Assembly: GCA_002422955.1 (NCBI GenBank)
Contig: DITY01000230.1
Location: 18,745-82,744, forward strand
Origin: Planctomycetaceae bacterium UBA6172
Lineage (GTDB): Bacteria; Planctomycetota; Planctomycetia; Pirellulales; Pirellulaceae
Length of the DNA: 64,000 bases
Reading direction: 5' to 3'
The position numbers and the translations under genes are program-made. How positions within the stretch are numbered: position 1 is the first letter of the stretch; the number at the start of each line of letters is the position of its first letter. This document shows positions 37,063 through 48,345 of the stretch, in pieces. The notes under the pieces are model-generated. The model saw nothing but the letters and a program-made list of their open reading frames with translations. It was not told the origin of the DNA and did no database searches.

Positions 37063-37360
37063 ACCGACGTTACCCATCCCCACATGCCGCAGCGGGGCGC
37101 ACGTACCTTCTCAAACTTCTTTTTCGAAACGCTCAACGCCCGTTCGTGGCAAATGGGATCGGTCGTAGCGATCGCCCGACTTGAAAAAAGGCTTTTTTTT
37201 GTTCGTGTCCTGTTTTCATTCATCCAGTTCTTGAGCTAGCAGTCGCCAGGGATAAGATCGAATCAAGGTAGGGCGGTGACGGGATCGATTTTCGTTGGCC
37301 CCTGCAAGCCCGGTGATATTCGACCGAGCGAGATGTCTCGACGTTGGGGATGGATTTAGC

Positions 37361-37924
37361 ATGAGCGAACTGGGTCGACCGTTTTTTGACGAAGTCGATT
37401 TACTACTCGACAACGCGCGGCTTCGGGACGAACTGGAGCCATACATCGACGACTCGGTTTGTGAGCCGTCCGGCGGCCGCATGCCACTGGTGGTTGAAAA
37501 CGAGTACTTGGCATCTATGTTGGCATGGGAGCGGGCACCGGCCATGCCGATTTCCCAGTGGTTTAGTCCGCCTCTCGAGTTGCCCCACCCGGACGCACTC
37601 GACCAAGATTCCCTACATCGATTGCTATGGCAAACCATCCGCCAACTACACACCGCACGAGTCATTCTGGAGTGCACGGATCATCTGGGTGATCGTCAGC
37701 TCTACACCCTCATTTATCGTGACATTCTTCCCAGCTGCGAAAAAAAGGTCGACCTCCCGCGGAACTATTTGCATTGGCGATGCTTGGATGAAGCGGACGA
37801 GCAGACCTGGCTGAAATACTACGCCAGCCCAGTTGAGCGACGTCGTTGGCAGGAAGAGTTTCAGATGGAACCCCCGCCGAGTGAGCCTCCTCCCCACCCA
37901 CGGCAAATGCCGTTTCGGGGCTGA
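37361..37924 (+). CDS. hypothetical protein
   Basis: ORF 37295-37924; ATG at 37361 (MSELGRPFFDEV...). It is acidic, Trp-rich and has a Pro-rich tail. I recognise no family. Coding is supported only by ORF length and codon-like composition. Confidence 0.45.
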   Translation: MSELGRPFFDEVDLLLDNARLRDELEPYIDDSVCEPSGGRMPLVVENEYLASMLAWERAPAMPISQWFSPPLELPHPDALDQDSLHRLLWQTIRQLHTARVILECTDHLGDRQLYTLIYRDILPSCEKKVDLPRNYLHWRCLDEADEQTWLKYYASPVERRRWQEEFQMEPPPSEPPPHPRQMPFRG

Positions 37925-38132
37925 CGCGGATCCCTTTGGCGGCGACTTGGGTTAGACATGATCAGTTCTCGTCTCGCCTGCCGATTTTAGGTTGGCTGGA
38001 GTGGTCATCCGCTGCGGGGGCATGTCAAATCGGTGATTCGGTATTTTTCGTAGCTTCCCAGGCCTACCCCGGCGACTGATCTTGAAACTCACCAGGGTCC
38101 CCGAGGCGATTGCGTAGGGGATTGGCCTTGCT

Positions 38133-39464
38133 TCAAAGGGTCAGTCGTCCAGTGCTGTCGCCTAGCTGTTCCAAGTGAATGCCGGCGCCATCGAGCATGG
38201 AGACGTACAGGTTGGTCAAAGGCGTGCCGTCTTCAAACGCGACGTGACGGCCGGGCTGGACCAGTCCCCCACCCTTGCCCGCCAAAATGATCGGCAGGTT
38301 GTTGTGGTTGTGGGCGTTTCCATCGCCAATCCCACTGCCATATACGACAAGGCTACGGTCGAGCAGGGACTCGTCGCCTTCGCGTACCGACTTCAGTCGC
38401 TCGAGGAAATAGGCCAGTTGGGTGACATGAAACTCGTTGATTTTTTGTAGCTTCGCCTGCTTTTCTGCTTTGCTTTCATGATGCGAAAGGTCGTGATGGC
38501 CTTCGGGTACATCCAAAAACGGATAGCTGCGGTTGCTCCCTTCATTGGCGAACACGAAAGTCGAAACGCGAGTCGTATCGGTCTGGAACGCGAGCACCAC
38601 TAGGTCGCCCATGATCCGCAGATGTTCCTCGTAAGATGCCGGAATTCCTTGCGGTCGCTTCGCTGCCAGCGTCTGATCGTCCGGAGTCTGCGCCGCTTTA
38701 TCGATGCGGACTTCGAGTTCTCGAATGGCGGTCAAATACTCATCAAGTTTCCGACGATCCGCTCCGCCAACATTCTGCTGCAATTTGCGGGCATCATCCC
38801 GCACCATGTCGAGGATGCTCTTGTTGTATTTTTCCCTGCGGGCGCGAGCTTCGGCCGATTCGCCAGGACGGCCCGAAGTGAATAAGCGGTCGAAGATGAG
38901 CTTGGGGTCGACCTCCTTCGGGACAGGCTGATTCTCGTTTCGCCATGCGATGTTCGAGGAATAGGCACAACTGTAACCCGAATCGCAATTGCCTGACTGG
39001 GCGCCGGCATCGGCACCGACTTCCAGGGAAGCGAAGCGTGTAAATTTGCCGAAGTGCTGAGCGGCGATTTGGTCGACGGACACGCCCGCGCGTATGTCAG
39101 CCCCATCCGTCTTTCTAGCTTGAGTTCCCGTCAAGAAGGTCGTGAGCGCACGGGCGTGGTCGCCACCACCATCCCCATTGGCATCGGCTTTCTGATGGGT
39201 GAGTCCGGAGAGCACGCAAAAATCATCCTTCAATCCGGTCAACGGCTTCAGCGTTCGCGGCATTTCGTACCCCGTGCCCTCTCGGGTCGGTAGCCAGTCC
39301 GGCATGTGCTTGCCGTTGGGTACGTACAAAAACGCCATCCTGATCGGCTTTTTCGGCTGTTCGGCGCCAAAGGCTCGCCGGGCCATGGCGTCGAGCATCG
39401 GCAGAGCGATCGCTGTACCCAGGCCCTTGAGTACCGTTCGGCGGGAAATGTTAGAAGAAGTCAT
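38133..39464 (-). CDS. DUF1552 domain protein, Tat-type signal
   Basis: The N-terminus SRRTVLKGLGTAIALPMLDAM and the motif PEGHHDLSHHESK are characteristic of DUF1552. It is paired with an upstream DUF1592-family gene. Confidence 0.85.
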   Translation of the reverse strand: MTSSNISRRTVLKGLGTAIALPMLDAMARRAFGAEQPKKPIRMAFLYVPNGKHMPDWLPTREGTGYEMPRTLKPLTGLKDDFCVLSGLTHQKADANGDGGGDHARALTTFLTGTQARKTDGADIRAGVSVDQIAAQHFGKFTRFASLEVGADAGAQSGNCDSGYSCAYSSNIAWRNENQPVPKEVDPKLIFDRLFTSGRPGESAEARARREKYNKSILDMVRDDARKLQQNVGGADRRKLDEYLTAIRELEVRIDKAAQTPDDQTLAAKRPQGIPASYEEHLRIMGDLVVLAFQTDTTRVSTFVFANEGSNRSYPFLDVPEGHHDLSHHESKAEKQAKLQKINEFHVTQLAYFLERLKSVREGDESLLDRSLVVYGSGIGDGNAHNHNNLPIILAGKGGGLVQPGRHVAFEDGTPLTNLYVSMLDGAGIHLEQLGDSTGRLTL

Positions 39465-39633
39465 CGTATTGCCCTTGTCGAGTTGATCTGGATCGCGATG
39501 GGAACTGAGCGACTTCGATGAGCCGCAGGGCCAGATGGCGGGGGGAGTGTGGAAGGATCATCGCCCCACCGAGACGGGATCGAAGATCCTTAAATTGTAC
39601 GGAATTGCTGCGGCAATCGCCAGTGAAATCGGG

Positions 39634-41988
39634 TCATTCCGGCATTGGGGTGCTCGCTTGGTGCCGGAACGGAACGCTGTTGACGATCTGCCAGATCAAC
39701 GATTCGAAGCGATCTTCACCGGCTCCCATACCATGGGTAATTTCGTTCAAAGTGCACTCGTCAAAATACTCCAGGCCCCGCCCCAACGCGTAGGTCAACA
39801 GTTTGGCGGTAATGCACCTGCGGAAGTCAGCTTGACGCTGGATCAAAATTTGCCTGAGTTCAATTGGCCCGGAGAAGGTGCGGCCGTCGGGGAGCTCGCC
39901 TCGTGCGTCGATCGCGACTCCCTGGTCTTCGTCTCGCCAGCGTCCAATGGCATCGAAATTTTCAAGTCCGAAACCGAGCGGATCCATCAACTGGTGACAG
40001 GCAGCGCAGTCTGGCTTGGATCGATGCAGTTCCATCTGTTCGCGGAGTGAAGTCGCCGGTTGGCCGTCTTTTTTCTGCGACTCCAGCGATGGGACGTTGG
40101 GCGGAGCCGGGGGTGGAGGCGTGGCGAGCAGATTTTCGAGGATCCACTTTCCGCGTTTAACGGGTGAGGTACGCGTCGGGTTGGAGGTGACCGTCAGCAC
40201 GCTTGCCTGTCCCAGCAGCCCTCCTCGAGTTGTGCCGGTCAGCGAAACCTTGCGAAACTCGGGTCCCGAGACACCTTCGATTCCGTACAGCTTCGCCAAC
40301 GGCTCATTGAGGAACGTGTAGTCGGCTGTGATCAGCTCCATGACGTTGCGATCCTCGCGCACGATCGATTCGAACAACATCTCCGTCTCCCGCCGCATCG
40401 ACGTGCGCATTTCCGGCGTGAACTCCGCAAAGCGGTTGCGATCGATTGAGATCGTTTGCAAGTTGCGCAATTGGAGCCATTGTCCGACGAAATTTTCGAT
40501 TAAGCCTTCGATCCGTTGGTCTTGGAGCATGCGACGGAGCTGACTTCGGAGCTTTTTCGGTTCGCTCAGGTCGCCTCGGCTGGCGGCCTCAAACAATTCC
40601 TCGTCAGGCTGACTGCCCCAGAGGAAATAACTGATCCGCGTCGCCAATTCGAAGTCATCCAGTCGTCGTATCGGGGTCGCGTCCTTGTCCGAGGGTTGCT
40701 TTTCGACACGGAAGAGAAACCGAGGCGAGACCAGAACGGCCTGGAACGCCACTTGCATCGCGCGTTCGAAGCTAGCACCGTCGTCGAGAACTGCCGCCAT
40801 GATCGTGACATAGCGTTCCACTTCTTCAGGAGCGATCGGTCGCCGGAACGCTCGCGGTAACAGTAGAGACAAATTGGTACGCGCCGCGGTCACCAACGCT
40901 TCGCGTTCCGAACCTTTGGGCGGCGTGTGCGGGAGCAAGCGTCGATGCGACTCGGGTAAGTCGGCTGGCAGAACGCCGATCGGGCCGACCACTGAAAGGG
41001 AGCGAACATGCAGATTGCGATCCCCTTTCAGCATGGGATCAGGATTGTCCGGTTGGTAGTAATCGTTGAGGAACTTGACCGCGACGCGGTGGTGTCCGGC
41101 TTCCACGGGAATCGAGATTTGGTAGTTGGAAGGACTGTCGGAGGTCGCCGCAACTTCGATCACCTGCAGGCTCTTTCCGTCCAGGAGGAATTCCATTTTT
41201 ACCGCTTCGATTCCGGCTTGATCGCCGTAAGCTTCCGCGCGGATCAGGTAGTTTGCGGTTGTGGCGAAGGCGTGCTCCTGCCCAACTTCGCCGACCGAAG
41301 CCAGTGTTTTTCCAGGAAAAATTGCTGCCGGCGCGAACTCCGCCTCAGGAACGAGGATCGCTCGACGCACGATTTCATCAGCCGCGTCGAGATATCTTTC
41401 GAGCAACACGGGCGGTAGCGTTAAAACATCGCCGATGTTGTCAAATCCGTAACCAACGTCATCCGAGGGGAATTGGTCTGCCGGACGATAGTCAATCCCA
41501 GTCAGATCACGAACGGTGCGATTGTATTCATTGCGATTGAGTCGGCGCAGAGTCACACGCCCTGGATAGGCAGGGCCTTCACAGCTCACTTCCAAGGCAT
41601 TCCGATCGATCCAGCCCAACAAGTTTTGACGCTCTTCATCCGTGGGTTGCTCAGAATCCGGAGGTGGCATGATCCCGGCTTCAATTTGCGTGTGGACCTT
41701 TTTCCAGATTGTCCGATCAAGGGTCTTCGCCCTCCCAAGGTCGAGCAGTTCGAAGGCCACGCCGGCCGCGGGCTGGGCACCCGAATGGCAGTCACCGCAG
41801 TACTTAACGAATACGGGAAGAATATCCTGCTGATAGTCGGTGTCTGCCTGTGGATCGACTTGCGGTGCTAGCGTTTGCGCCGCGGCCGGGAGAGTTGCTG
41901 AACAGAGGATTAAACAAGCGGCGAGGGCACAGGCCATCTCGAACGATCGAATCACGGGAATCATCACTTCAGGGGGTAGAAAAATCAC
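39634..41988 (-). CDS. DUF1587/DUF1592/DUF1595/DUF1588/DUF1585 multi-domain protein with an N-terminal planctomycete cytochrome-c-like motif
   Basis: [10 protein letters not shown] motif; [18 protein letters not shown] (DUF1587 signature); late [25 protein letters not shown] motif. The start is uncertain (ATG at 41988, 41964 or 41937; the last gives the signal [21 protein letters not shown]). Confidence 0.85.
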   Translation of the reverse strand: MIFLPPEVMIPVIRSFEMACALAACLILCSATLPAAAQTLAPQVDPQADTDYQQDILPVFVKYCGDCHSGAQPAAGVAFELLDLGRAKTLDRTIWKKVHTQIEAGIMPPPDSEQPTDEERQNLLGWIDRNALEVSCEGPAYPGRVTLRRLNRNEYNRTVRDLTGIDYRPADQFPSDDVGYGFDNIGDVLTLPPVLLERYLDAADEIVRRAILVPEAEFAPAAIFPGKTLASVGEVGQEHAFATTANYLIRAEAYGDQAGIEAVKMEFLLDGKSLQVIEVAATSDSPSNYQISIPVEAGHHRVAVKFLNDYYQPDNPDPMLKGDRNLHVRSLSVVGPIGVLPADLPESHRRLLPHTPPKGSEREALVTAARTNLSLLLPRAFRRPIAPEEVERYVTIMAAVLDDGASFERAMQVAFQAVLVSPRFLFRVEKQPSDKDATPIRRLDDFELATRISYFLWGSQPDEELFEAASRGDLSEPKKLRSQLRRMLQDQRIEGLIENFVGQWLQLRNLQTISIDRNRFAEFTPEMRTSMRRETEMLFESIVREDRNVMELITADYTFLNEPLAKLYGIEGVSGPEFRKVSLTGTTRGGLLGQASVLTVTSNPTRTSPVKRGKWILENLLATPPPPAPPNVPSLESQKKDGQPATSLREQMELHRSKPDCAACHQLMDPLGFGLENFDAIGRWRDEDQGVAIDARGELPDGRTFSGPIELRQILIQRQADFRRCITAKLLTYALGRGLEYFDECTLNEITHGMGAGEDRFESLIWQIVNSVPFRHQASTPMPE

Positions 41989-42171
41989 TCGGCCGGAAAT
42001 CGACCGCTGCCACCAAAATGCATTCTACCTGGTCGTCGGTCGACGCGCGAAACGGGCACGTTTTTCCCGAACAACGGCGCTCACGTCGCCAGCCGGCAAT
42101 GCGGAGAAACCGCCAGGAATCGCTGCGGCAGAGTACCGATTAGGCGGGCTCGTCGTGGTGCCAGAATCGCA

Positions 42172-43065
42172 TCACGGTTCGGTCGCGAGGCCCTTGGAAC
42201 GCAAAATCGGTGTTAGCCACTCCCGTAGGTTTTCCCCCAGGATACGAAAGCGAGCCGATTCCGATATTCGTGCCCCGAACACCTTTCCCAATTCGGTGCC
42301 AAGCGATCGGGAAGGGAGATGGCTGCCGAAGACGATTCGACACTCCCCCAACTCTCGAGTGGCCATTTCAATGAATCCGGCCGTGGGGTCAAATCCGGAG
42401 GTCTCGATGCTTACGTTCTCACTGGCACGAATCGACCGAATACCGGTTTCCCACTCGCCCCCCGCATGGGCGCAAGCGAAGCGGATTTCTGGGAATCTTG
42501 ATCCCAACTCGGCCAGATCCGCCGGGGTAGACACTCCCGGGTGGCTCTTGCCACCAGTGGTAGCCCAAGTGTGCTGCATGATCAGGCCACCCAGGTCGGC
42601 CACCCGGGTAATCAGCGGGTCGTAATTGACATGGTTGCAGGGAAGTTGGTTACGCGAATCGCCAGGAAAGTAGGCCCCGATCATCGGGCCATCGGCAATC
42701 CAGCGGTTGATCGCGTCCAACGAACCAGGGACATCGGAGGCATTGAGTTGAATCAATCCCAGGGCCCGCTCGGGCCAGGCTTTTAATGGCGCATCGATCG
42801 TTTCCGGATGCTCGCGAACCCACTGTTCGGTCGCTGGCTCTGCAGTCCCAAGGCCGACATGAAGAAAGATACAAAACCTGCGGATGGACACCGTCATCAG
42901 TCGCGGCAGGGTCTCGTTGATGTCGCGCAGCAGTCGCGTACCATCAGGATCGACCATGGTCGGTGTGAGATAAGAATCCCAGATGCGGTAGCGATCCAAT
43001 TCTGCCTGCGGTGGCAGACCGAATCGCTCGGGATGGGGGCGACGAGGGGGTTGCGGTGAGGTCAT
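42172..43065 (-). CDS. amidohydrolase-family (TIM-barrel metal hydrolase) protein, no signal peptide
   Basis: 297 aa. It resembles the Amidohydro_2 fold (…CAHAGGEWE…, …IVFGSHLPS…). The start lies 5 nt after the stop of the upstream amidohydrolase. Confidence 0.6.
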   Translation of the reverse strand: MTSPQPPRRPHPERFGLPPQAELDRYRIWDSYLTPTMVDPDGTRLLRDINETLPRLMTVSIRRFCIFLHVGLGTAEPATEQWVREHPETIDAPLKAWPERALGLIQLNASDVPGSLDAINRWIADGPMIGAYFPGDSRNQLPCNHVNYDPLITRVADLGGLIMQHTWATTGGKSHPGVSTPADLAELGSRFPEIRFACAHAGGEWETGIRSIRASENVSIETSGFDPTAGFIEMATRELGECRIVFGSHLPSRSLGTELGKVFGARISESARFRILGENLREWLTPILRSKGLATEP

Positions 43066-43070
43066 CAGGC

Positions 43071-44024
43071 CTACTTGATGGCAGCCGATGGGGCGGCGAT
43101 TTGACTACCCAGCAGATCCGTCGCGTTCGATCTCATCACAAGCCCCAGATCGTGGTCCGATAGGTCCGACTCATAGAGTTTGATCAAATTTGCCTCGGGA
43201 ATAAAGAATGGACTATGGGTGCCCAGTAGCACGCGTTGGGATGAGGTCGCTCGAACCAAACTGGCGACCCCGTTCGTGCCGTCGACTCTCGCGGTGTCGA
43301 AGTGGATCTGAGGGCATTCGGCCAGCGCACGAATCGCCTGCGGGCTGAGCCGAGCATTCAGCAGCATCAGACGAGCATTCGGATGACGGCTTAACAGGGC
43401 CGGCAGCGGGTTGGGGTCAACATCGGCGACTCGCAATCGCGGGTGCTGGGTGCGGGTGTCTTCCAGCGACAGGGTGACCTGAATGAGTAGGCCTCGCTGC
43501 GTGGCAAGTGACAACAGTCGCTCGAATTGCGGGGAGCCTAGCAGGTAATCGTGATAGCCCGGGTAGATTCGGACCCCAGCCATCTGATGAGTTTCGTGGC
43601 ATCGCCGAAGGTCTTCTTCCCAGTCCAGGAGGTTCGGATTGATCGTTCCGAACGGCACCAAGAAGTCGTGATTCGAATCACGACAGGTCGTGGCGAGTCG
43701 GGCATTCACTCCCGCAACGTCGCGATGCAGAATCCCGTCAAAACTGGCGACCCAGGCTCGCGTGATTCCGAGGCGTTTCAGCTTGGGTATCAGGGTTGCC
43801 AGGTCCGCGTCGGGCAAGTGGCGAAATGGCCACTGCCCGAGGTGAACGTTACTGTCCACGGCACCGCTTCCCGTCGCCGAGATTTGGTCGGTCATAAACT
43901 TCGCATCACTGACGGAACTCGGACGCTCTCCCCCGCTCGCCGTTATCGCGATCGACGCCGTCGTTGCGGAGACTAGGTTCTCTCGGAGCCACTGCCTGCG
44001 ATTATGTCTCAAGGGTTGACTCAT
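43071..44024 (-). CDS. amidohydrolase-family protein with a Tat-like signal
   Basis: NRRQWLRENLVSATTASIAITA at the N-terminus. DSNVHLGQWPFRHLP and LLGTHSPFF are typical Amidohydro_2 contexts. The start overlaps the DUF1501 stop in ATGA (44021-44024). Confidence 0.65.
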   Translation of the reverse strand: MSQPLRHNRRQWLRENLVSATTASIAITASGGERPSSVSDAKFMTDQISATGSGAVDSNVHLGQWPFRHLPDADLATLIPKLKRLGITRAWVASFDGILHRDVAGVNARLATTCRDSNHDFLVPFGTINPNLLDWEEDLRRCHETHQMAGVRIYPGYHDYLLGSPQFERLLSLATQRGLLIQVTLSLEDTRTQHPRLRVADVDPNPLPALLSRHPNARLMLLNARLSPQAIRALAECPQIHFDTARVDGTNGVASLVRATSSQRVLLGTHSPFFIPEANLIKLYESDLSDHDLGLVMRSNATDLLGSQIAAPSAAIK

Positions 44025-45454
44025 GAAAAAATCTCCGTCACCACTCGCGGTTCCTTCAGGCCCGTCAATTTCTCACGCAACCCATTTCGTTCGTGGAACA
44101 ATTGCTGGTGATCGAGTCCCACCGCATGCAGCAGCGTGGCGTGAAAGTCAGGGACACTGACCGGGTTCTCGACGGCCTGATGCCCGAGTTCATCCGTTTG
44201 GCCATAGGCCATGCCAGGACGCACCCCACCGCCAGCAAGCCAAGTCGTGAAGCCTTGCATGTTGTGGTCACGGCCACTGAACGCATCTCCGACCTTCTGC
44301 GAGGTTGGCGTTCTGCCAAACTCACCGCCCCAAACGACCAGAGTGGAATCCAGCAGGCCACGTTGTTTGAGGTCTCGGATCAGTGCGGCGACGGGTTGGT
44401 CGGTGCGTCGGCATGCCGCCAACAAAGTCGTTTTCAAGTCGCTGTGGTTGTCCCAAGGCTGGTCATCCATGAACAACTGCACGAAGCGGACGCCTCTCTC
44501 GACCATACGTCGCGCCAGCAGGCAACGCCGAGCGTAGGAGTCGGTGATCGGATCGCCGATTCCGTACGCATCCAGCGTGGCTTGGGTCTCGCCCGATATG
44601 TCCAGTACGGCACTTGCCCCGAGTTGCATCCGTGCGGCAAGCTCGTAAGCCTGGATCCTCGCGTCCAACTCCGGGGTGTCGCTGCGTTCGGCAAAATGCC
44701 TTTGATCGAGACGGCGTCGCCAGTCGTTGGCAAGCTGACTAATTCGAGCAGGTTCCTCGTACTCGGGGGCTAGGTTCAGCACCGGCGAGCCCACCGTTCG
44801 AAATCGAGTTCCCTGATAGACGGGCGGTAGATAGCCGGCTGTCCAATTTCGAACTCCGTTTTTTGGCAGTCCCAGTGGGTCATCCAGGACGACGTAAGCG
44901 GGGAGGTCTTGGCATTCCGATCCGAGACCGTAAATGACCCAAGACCCCAGCGAAGGATGCCCCATGAAGAGACGGCCGCTGTGAATTTTGTAAAGCGCGT
45001 TGTCGTGATTGGGATGGTCGGTCCACATCGAGTGCAGGAAGCAGAGGTCATCGACCACGCTGGCGGTGTGTGGCAACGCTTCGGACACCCAGATCCCTGA
45101 CTTGCCGTGCTGGCTAAAGCTGAATTGGCTCGGCATCAGGGTTCCGACATTCGCGGTCGCCACGTTCCCAACCTGCTCCGCGTTGCCAGGAAAACTCTTG
45201 CCCGCGTGCCGGTCCAATTCGGGCTTGGGATCAAACAAGTCCATCTGGCTCGGACCACCGTTCATGAAGAGGTGGATTACGGATTGGGCGCGAGCCCGGT
45301 GGTGTACCGGCTTAGCCGCTAAATCCGCTTTTGCCGAGACCGGCTCGGCCCGAAGGCGCTCCTGGTCCATCAGTGCGTGCAAGGCTACGGAGCAAAGCGA
45401 CCCGGCCGTGCTCGCCATGAACGACCTTCGGGAGGCTTGAAATGAAGCTTGCAT
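44021..45454 (-). CDS. DUF1501 domain protein, Tat-type signal
   Basis: The ATG at 45454 (MQASFQASRRSFMASTAGS) lies within ORF 44021-45505. This removes the overlap with the upstream stop at 45460. Motifs LFMNGGPSQMDLFDPKP, GGEFGRTP and GRDHN. Confidence 0.88.
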   Translation of the reverse strand: MQASFQASRRSFMASTAGSLCSVALHALMDQERLRAEPVSAKADLAAKPVHHRARAQSVIHLFMNGGPSQMDLFDPKPELDRHAGKSFPGNAEQVGNVATANVGTLMPSQFSFSQHGKSGIWVSEALPHTASVVDDLCFLHSMWTDHPNHDNALYKIHSGRLFMGHPSLGSWVIYGLGSECQDLPAYVVLDDPLGLPKNGVRNWTAGYLPPVYQGTRFRTVGSPVLNLAPEYEEPARISQLANDWRRRLDQRHFAERSDTPELDARIQAYELAARMQLGASAVLDISGETQATLDAYGIGDPITDSYARRCLLARRMVERGVRFVQLFMDDQPWDNHSDLKTTLLAACRRTDQPVAALIRDLKQRGLLDSTLVVWGGEFGRTPTSQKVGDAFSGRDHNMQGFTTWLAGGGVRPGMAYGQTDELGHQAVENPVSVPDFHATLLHAVGLDHQQLFHERNGLREKLTGLKEPRVVTEIFS

Positions 45455-45459
45455 GGTCG

Positions 45460-48345
45460 TTAATCGATGTAGGAAAATTCTGCCGAATTGATCAAGGTGT
45501 GACAAAGGTTTCTCAATGCCAGTCGTGCGCTCTCGGGCTCCTGGTTTCCAGCTTCACGCCACATTTCCGCGATTTGAGCTAGGTGTTTCTGGGCTTCGGT
45601 GTGTTCATCAGCGGTTGGCTGGCGACTGTAGACCGTCAAGAAGGTTTCGTTGATCAGGTCATTTCCGTTCTCGTTCGCTCTCGCGAGGATGCGGTTCGCT
45701 AGGTCGCCGGCCCATTCGTGGACCTGACCATTGTTATGCAGAATCAACGCCTGCAGTGAAACCGTCGAGGTCGACCGCTGGATGCAGTTGGGATTCATTT
45801 CGGGGTAGTCGAAAAGTCCGAGCAGGGTCGGTATCTCGGTACGTCGCAATTGCACATAGATACTCCGGCGAAGGCGTCCGTCTTCATCAGGCAGGGCCAT
45901 GACCAATCCGTCTTCGCGGACGGCAACCGGAGCGGGCGGACCATACATCGTGTCGCTCAAGCGACCGGCGATCGCTAGCAACGAATCGTGCAAAGCTTCG
46001 GCATCGAATCGTCTCACATTCATCCGCGACCACAGGTGATTTTCGGGGTCGAGCTGATGGTGTTCCGGGCGCGTATGGCTGGATTGCTGATAAACTCGCG
46101 ACAGTAGAATTTGTCGATGGAGCGATTTGAGAGACCACCCGTTATCGATCAAATCCCGAGCAAGCCAATCGAGGAGTTCGGGGTGAGTTGGCGCGGCCCC
46201 TTGGAGTCCGAAATTGTCGAGCGTGGCTACGATCCCGCGACCCATGTGTAGGCTCCAGATGCGGTTGACCAGAACCCTCGCCGTTAAAGGATGGCCGGGG
46301 TCAACGATCCATCGCGCCAACGCCAGACGCCTGCCGGTCGATTCGGCACTAGGCCACGGAGGCGAGATCGTGATCGGGCTCGTGCCGTCGCTCAATGCGG
46401 ATGGGATTCCCGGATCAACCTGGCGTCCCGGTCGATCGTGCTCCCCTCGCACCAAAACATAGGTTGGTGACGGTCGTCCCCGGTCCCACAACGCGCGCAC
46501 CGTGGGAGGCGGAATCAATTCTTGTTCCGCCTGCTCGATTTCCTGGTCGATGGCTTGCAACTCCACGGCCAGTCGCGGGTCACTTGCGACCAGTGTCGCT
46601 TCCGTCATGCGGGGGTCGGTTCGATTGCTCTTGAGCCATGCCTTTCGTTGCTCGCGGAGTTGTTTAAGAAGCTTCTCCAGCGGGGCATTGTGTGTCTTGC
46701 GTGCGACGGCCTCAGCCGACGATTCGAGGTCGAGATTGCGATCCTTCCACGTCAGCCAGTCATATTCATCGAACGCGCCCTGGAAGATCGCTTTGAAGCG
46801 GTAGTAATCGCTTTGCGGGATCGGATCGTATTTGTGATTGTGGCAGCGGGCACATTCGAGCGTTAGGCCCATGATCCCGGAACTTACAACGTTCAACGCG
46901 TCCGAGATCAAGCCGATTCGCTCGGGTACAAAATTCATTGTCCGAGATCCGGTCTCATCGATACCCATCCGCAGGAACCCGGTTGCGATCAGGTTATCGA
47001 TCACGGCATCGTCGAGCAGTTCCGGTCGGCGGTAGTCCGCCAGTTCATCGCCCGCCAATTGCTCCAACAGAAAGCGATCCCAAGGCTTGTCGCTGTTGAA
47101 GGAGCGTATGACGTAGTCACGGTATTTCCAAGCGAACGCTCGGACCGGATCCTCAGATTGTCCCCCTTCGGAGTCGGCGTAACCGGCGAGATCGAGCCAA
47201 TGTCTGCCCCACCGCTCTCCATACCGGGGTGATGCGAGCAACGTATCGACCAACGCGGGATACCAGTCGCTGCGGGGTGTATCCGTCCAGATCCACAACT
47301 CGTCGACCGTGGGGGGGAGGCCGGTGAGATCGATGTAGAGGCGTCGGATCAGTTGCTGACGATCGGCCGGCGGTGAAAAATCCAGACCCTGGTCTTTAAG
47401 TTTGGCCGCGATGAAGGCGTCGACTGGTTGCAAGCGATCAGCGCCAGCGACGTGAGGCACCTCGATCCTTGCTGGGAGCGGACGGAACGACCAGTGTCGC
47501 CTGTCAGCTTCGGTAACCGATGGGTCGGGTTCGTTGAGCGTGCTCGCCGACGCAACGGGCGTTTCGCGAGGCATCCCGTCGCCGATCCAACTGCGTAGGG
47601 TTTGGACTTCGCTAGGACTGGGACGGGCAACGAAGTAAGTCAACAACTGGCCGGGCGGGGGACACGCTTCGCTTTCGACCCGCCGGATCATCAGGCTCTC
47701 ATCGGGGGCACCCGCGATTGCCGCCGGGCCACTTTCGCCCCCGGCGAGCAGGCTTTTGATGGACCGGAGATCCAAATTGCCACGTCGTAACTTGGCCCCA
47801 TGGCAGGCGGTGCATCGCAACAACAGGATTGGTAGCACCTGATGTTCGTCGACCATCCGAATGAAACCTTCGGGCGGATTGCGAAATCTCGCTCCCCCAT
47901 CGAGCCAGCGACCCAGGAGTTCGATTTCCTCGGGCGGTAACGCTTGCTCTTCAGGTGGCATCTCGCCATCGCGGACCACCTCGTATAGGAGGCTTCGTTC
48001 CCGATTCCGCGCGGTCAATACCGGGCCTGATTGGCTGCCCCGAACCAATCCGGCAGCCGACGAAAGGTCGAGCATCGCCTGGGGATCGTCCGTCGTATGG
48101 CATTCCGCGCAATGCTTCTCCAGCAGCGGTGCGATCTGGTCCTCAAAAAAGAGCTCCGTGCCCGCGTCGGGCTCTGCATTCTCCGCCGCCCGGGTTGGAG
48201 GACTAGGCAGCGAGATTCCCAACCAAGAGCCGAGCGAGAGGGCGAGCGCTAACAGGAGCGTGATTGCTCCCTCGCTCGAGAGGATTCGCGATGGGCGTTC
48301 ATGTCCGTTTGGGAGAGGTGGCTCACCTGCAGCGTCGACATTCAT
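45460..48345 (-). CDS. PSCyt1(x2)/PSCyt2/PSD1 (planctomycete cytochrome-c-like, DUF1549, DUF1553) protein
   Basis: [17 protein letters not shown] and [18 protein letters not shown] are the two PSCyt1 motifs. [17 protein letters not shown] is DUF1549. [11 protein letters not shown] and the C-terminus [11 protein letters not shown] are DUF1553. 961 aa. Confidence 0.9.
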   Translation of the reverse strand: MNVDAAGEPPLPNGHERPSRILSSEGAITLLLALALSLGSWLGISLPSPPTRAAENAEPDAGTELFFEDQIAPLLEKHCAECHTTDDPQAMLDLSSAAGLVRGSQSGPVLTARNRERSLLYEVVRDGEMPPEEQALPPEEIELLGRWLDGGARFRNPPEGFIRMVDEHQVLPILLLRCTACHGAKLRRGNLDLRSIKSLLAGGESGPAAIAGAPDESLMIRRVESEACPPPGQLLTYFVARPSPSEVQTLRSWIGDGMPRETPVASASTLNEPDPSVTEADRRHWSFRPLPARIEVPHVAGADRLQPVDAFIAAKLKDQGLDFSPPADRQQLIRRLYIDLTGLPPTVDELWIWTDTPRSDWYPALVDTLLASPRYGERWGRHWLDLAGYADSEGGQSEDPVRAFAWKYRDYVIRSFNSDKPWDRFLLEQLAGDELADYRRPELLDDAVIDNLIATGFLRMGIDETGSRTMNFVPERIGLISDALNVVSSGIMGLTLECARCHNHKYDPIPQSDYYRFKAIFQGAFDEYDWLTWKDRNLDLESSAEAVARKTHNAPLEKLLKQLREQRKAWLKSNRTDPRMTEATLVASDPRLAVELQAIDQEIEQAEQELIPPPTVRALWDRGRPSPTYVLVRGEHDRPGRQVDPGIPSALSDGTSPITISPPWPSAESTGRRLALARWIVDPGHPLTARVLVNRIWSLHMGRGIVATLDNFGLQGAAPTHPELLDWLARDLIDNGWSLKSLHRQILLSRVYQQSSHTRPEHHQLDPENHLWSRMNVRRFDAEALHDSLLAIAGRLSDTMYGPPAPVAVREDGLVMALPDEDGRLRRSIYVQLRRTEIPTLLGLFDYPEMNPNCIQRSTSTVSLQALILHNNGQVHEWAGDLANRILARANENGNDLINETFLTVYSRQPTADEHTEAQKHLAQIAEMWREAGNQEPESARLALRNLCHTLINSAEFSYID

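Noticed and set aside
41840-42625. A 261-aa plus-strand ORF spans the gap between the DUF1592-family gene and the amidohydrolase.
   Set aside because: It is mostly antisense to the amidohydrolase gene, has an Arg/Ser/Pro-rich composition and shows no recognisable motif.
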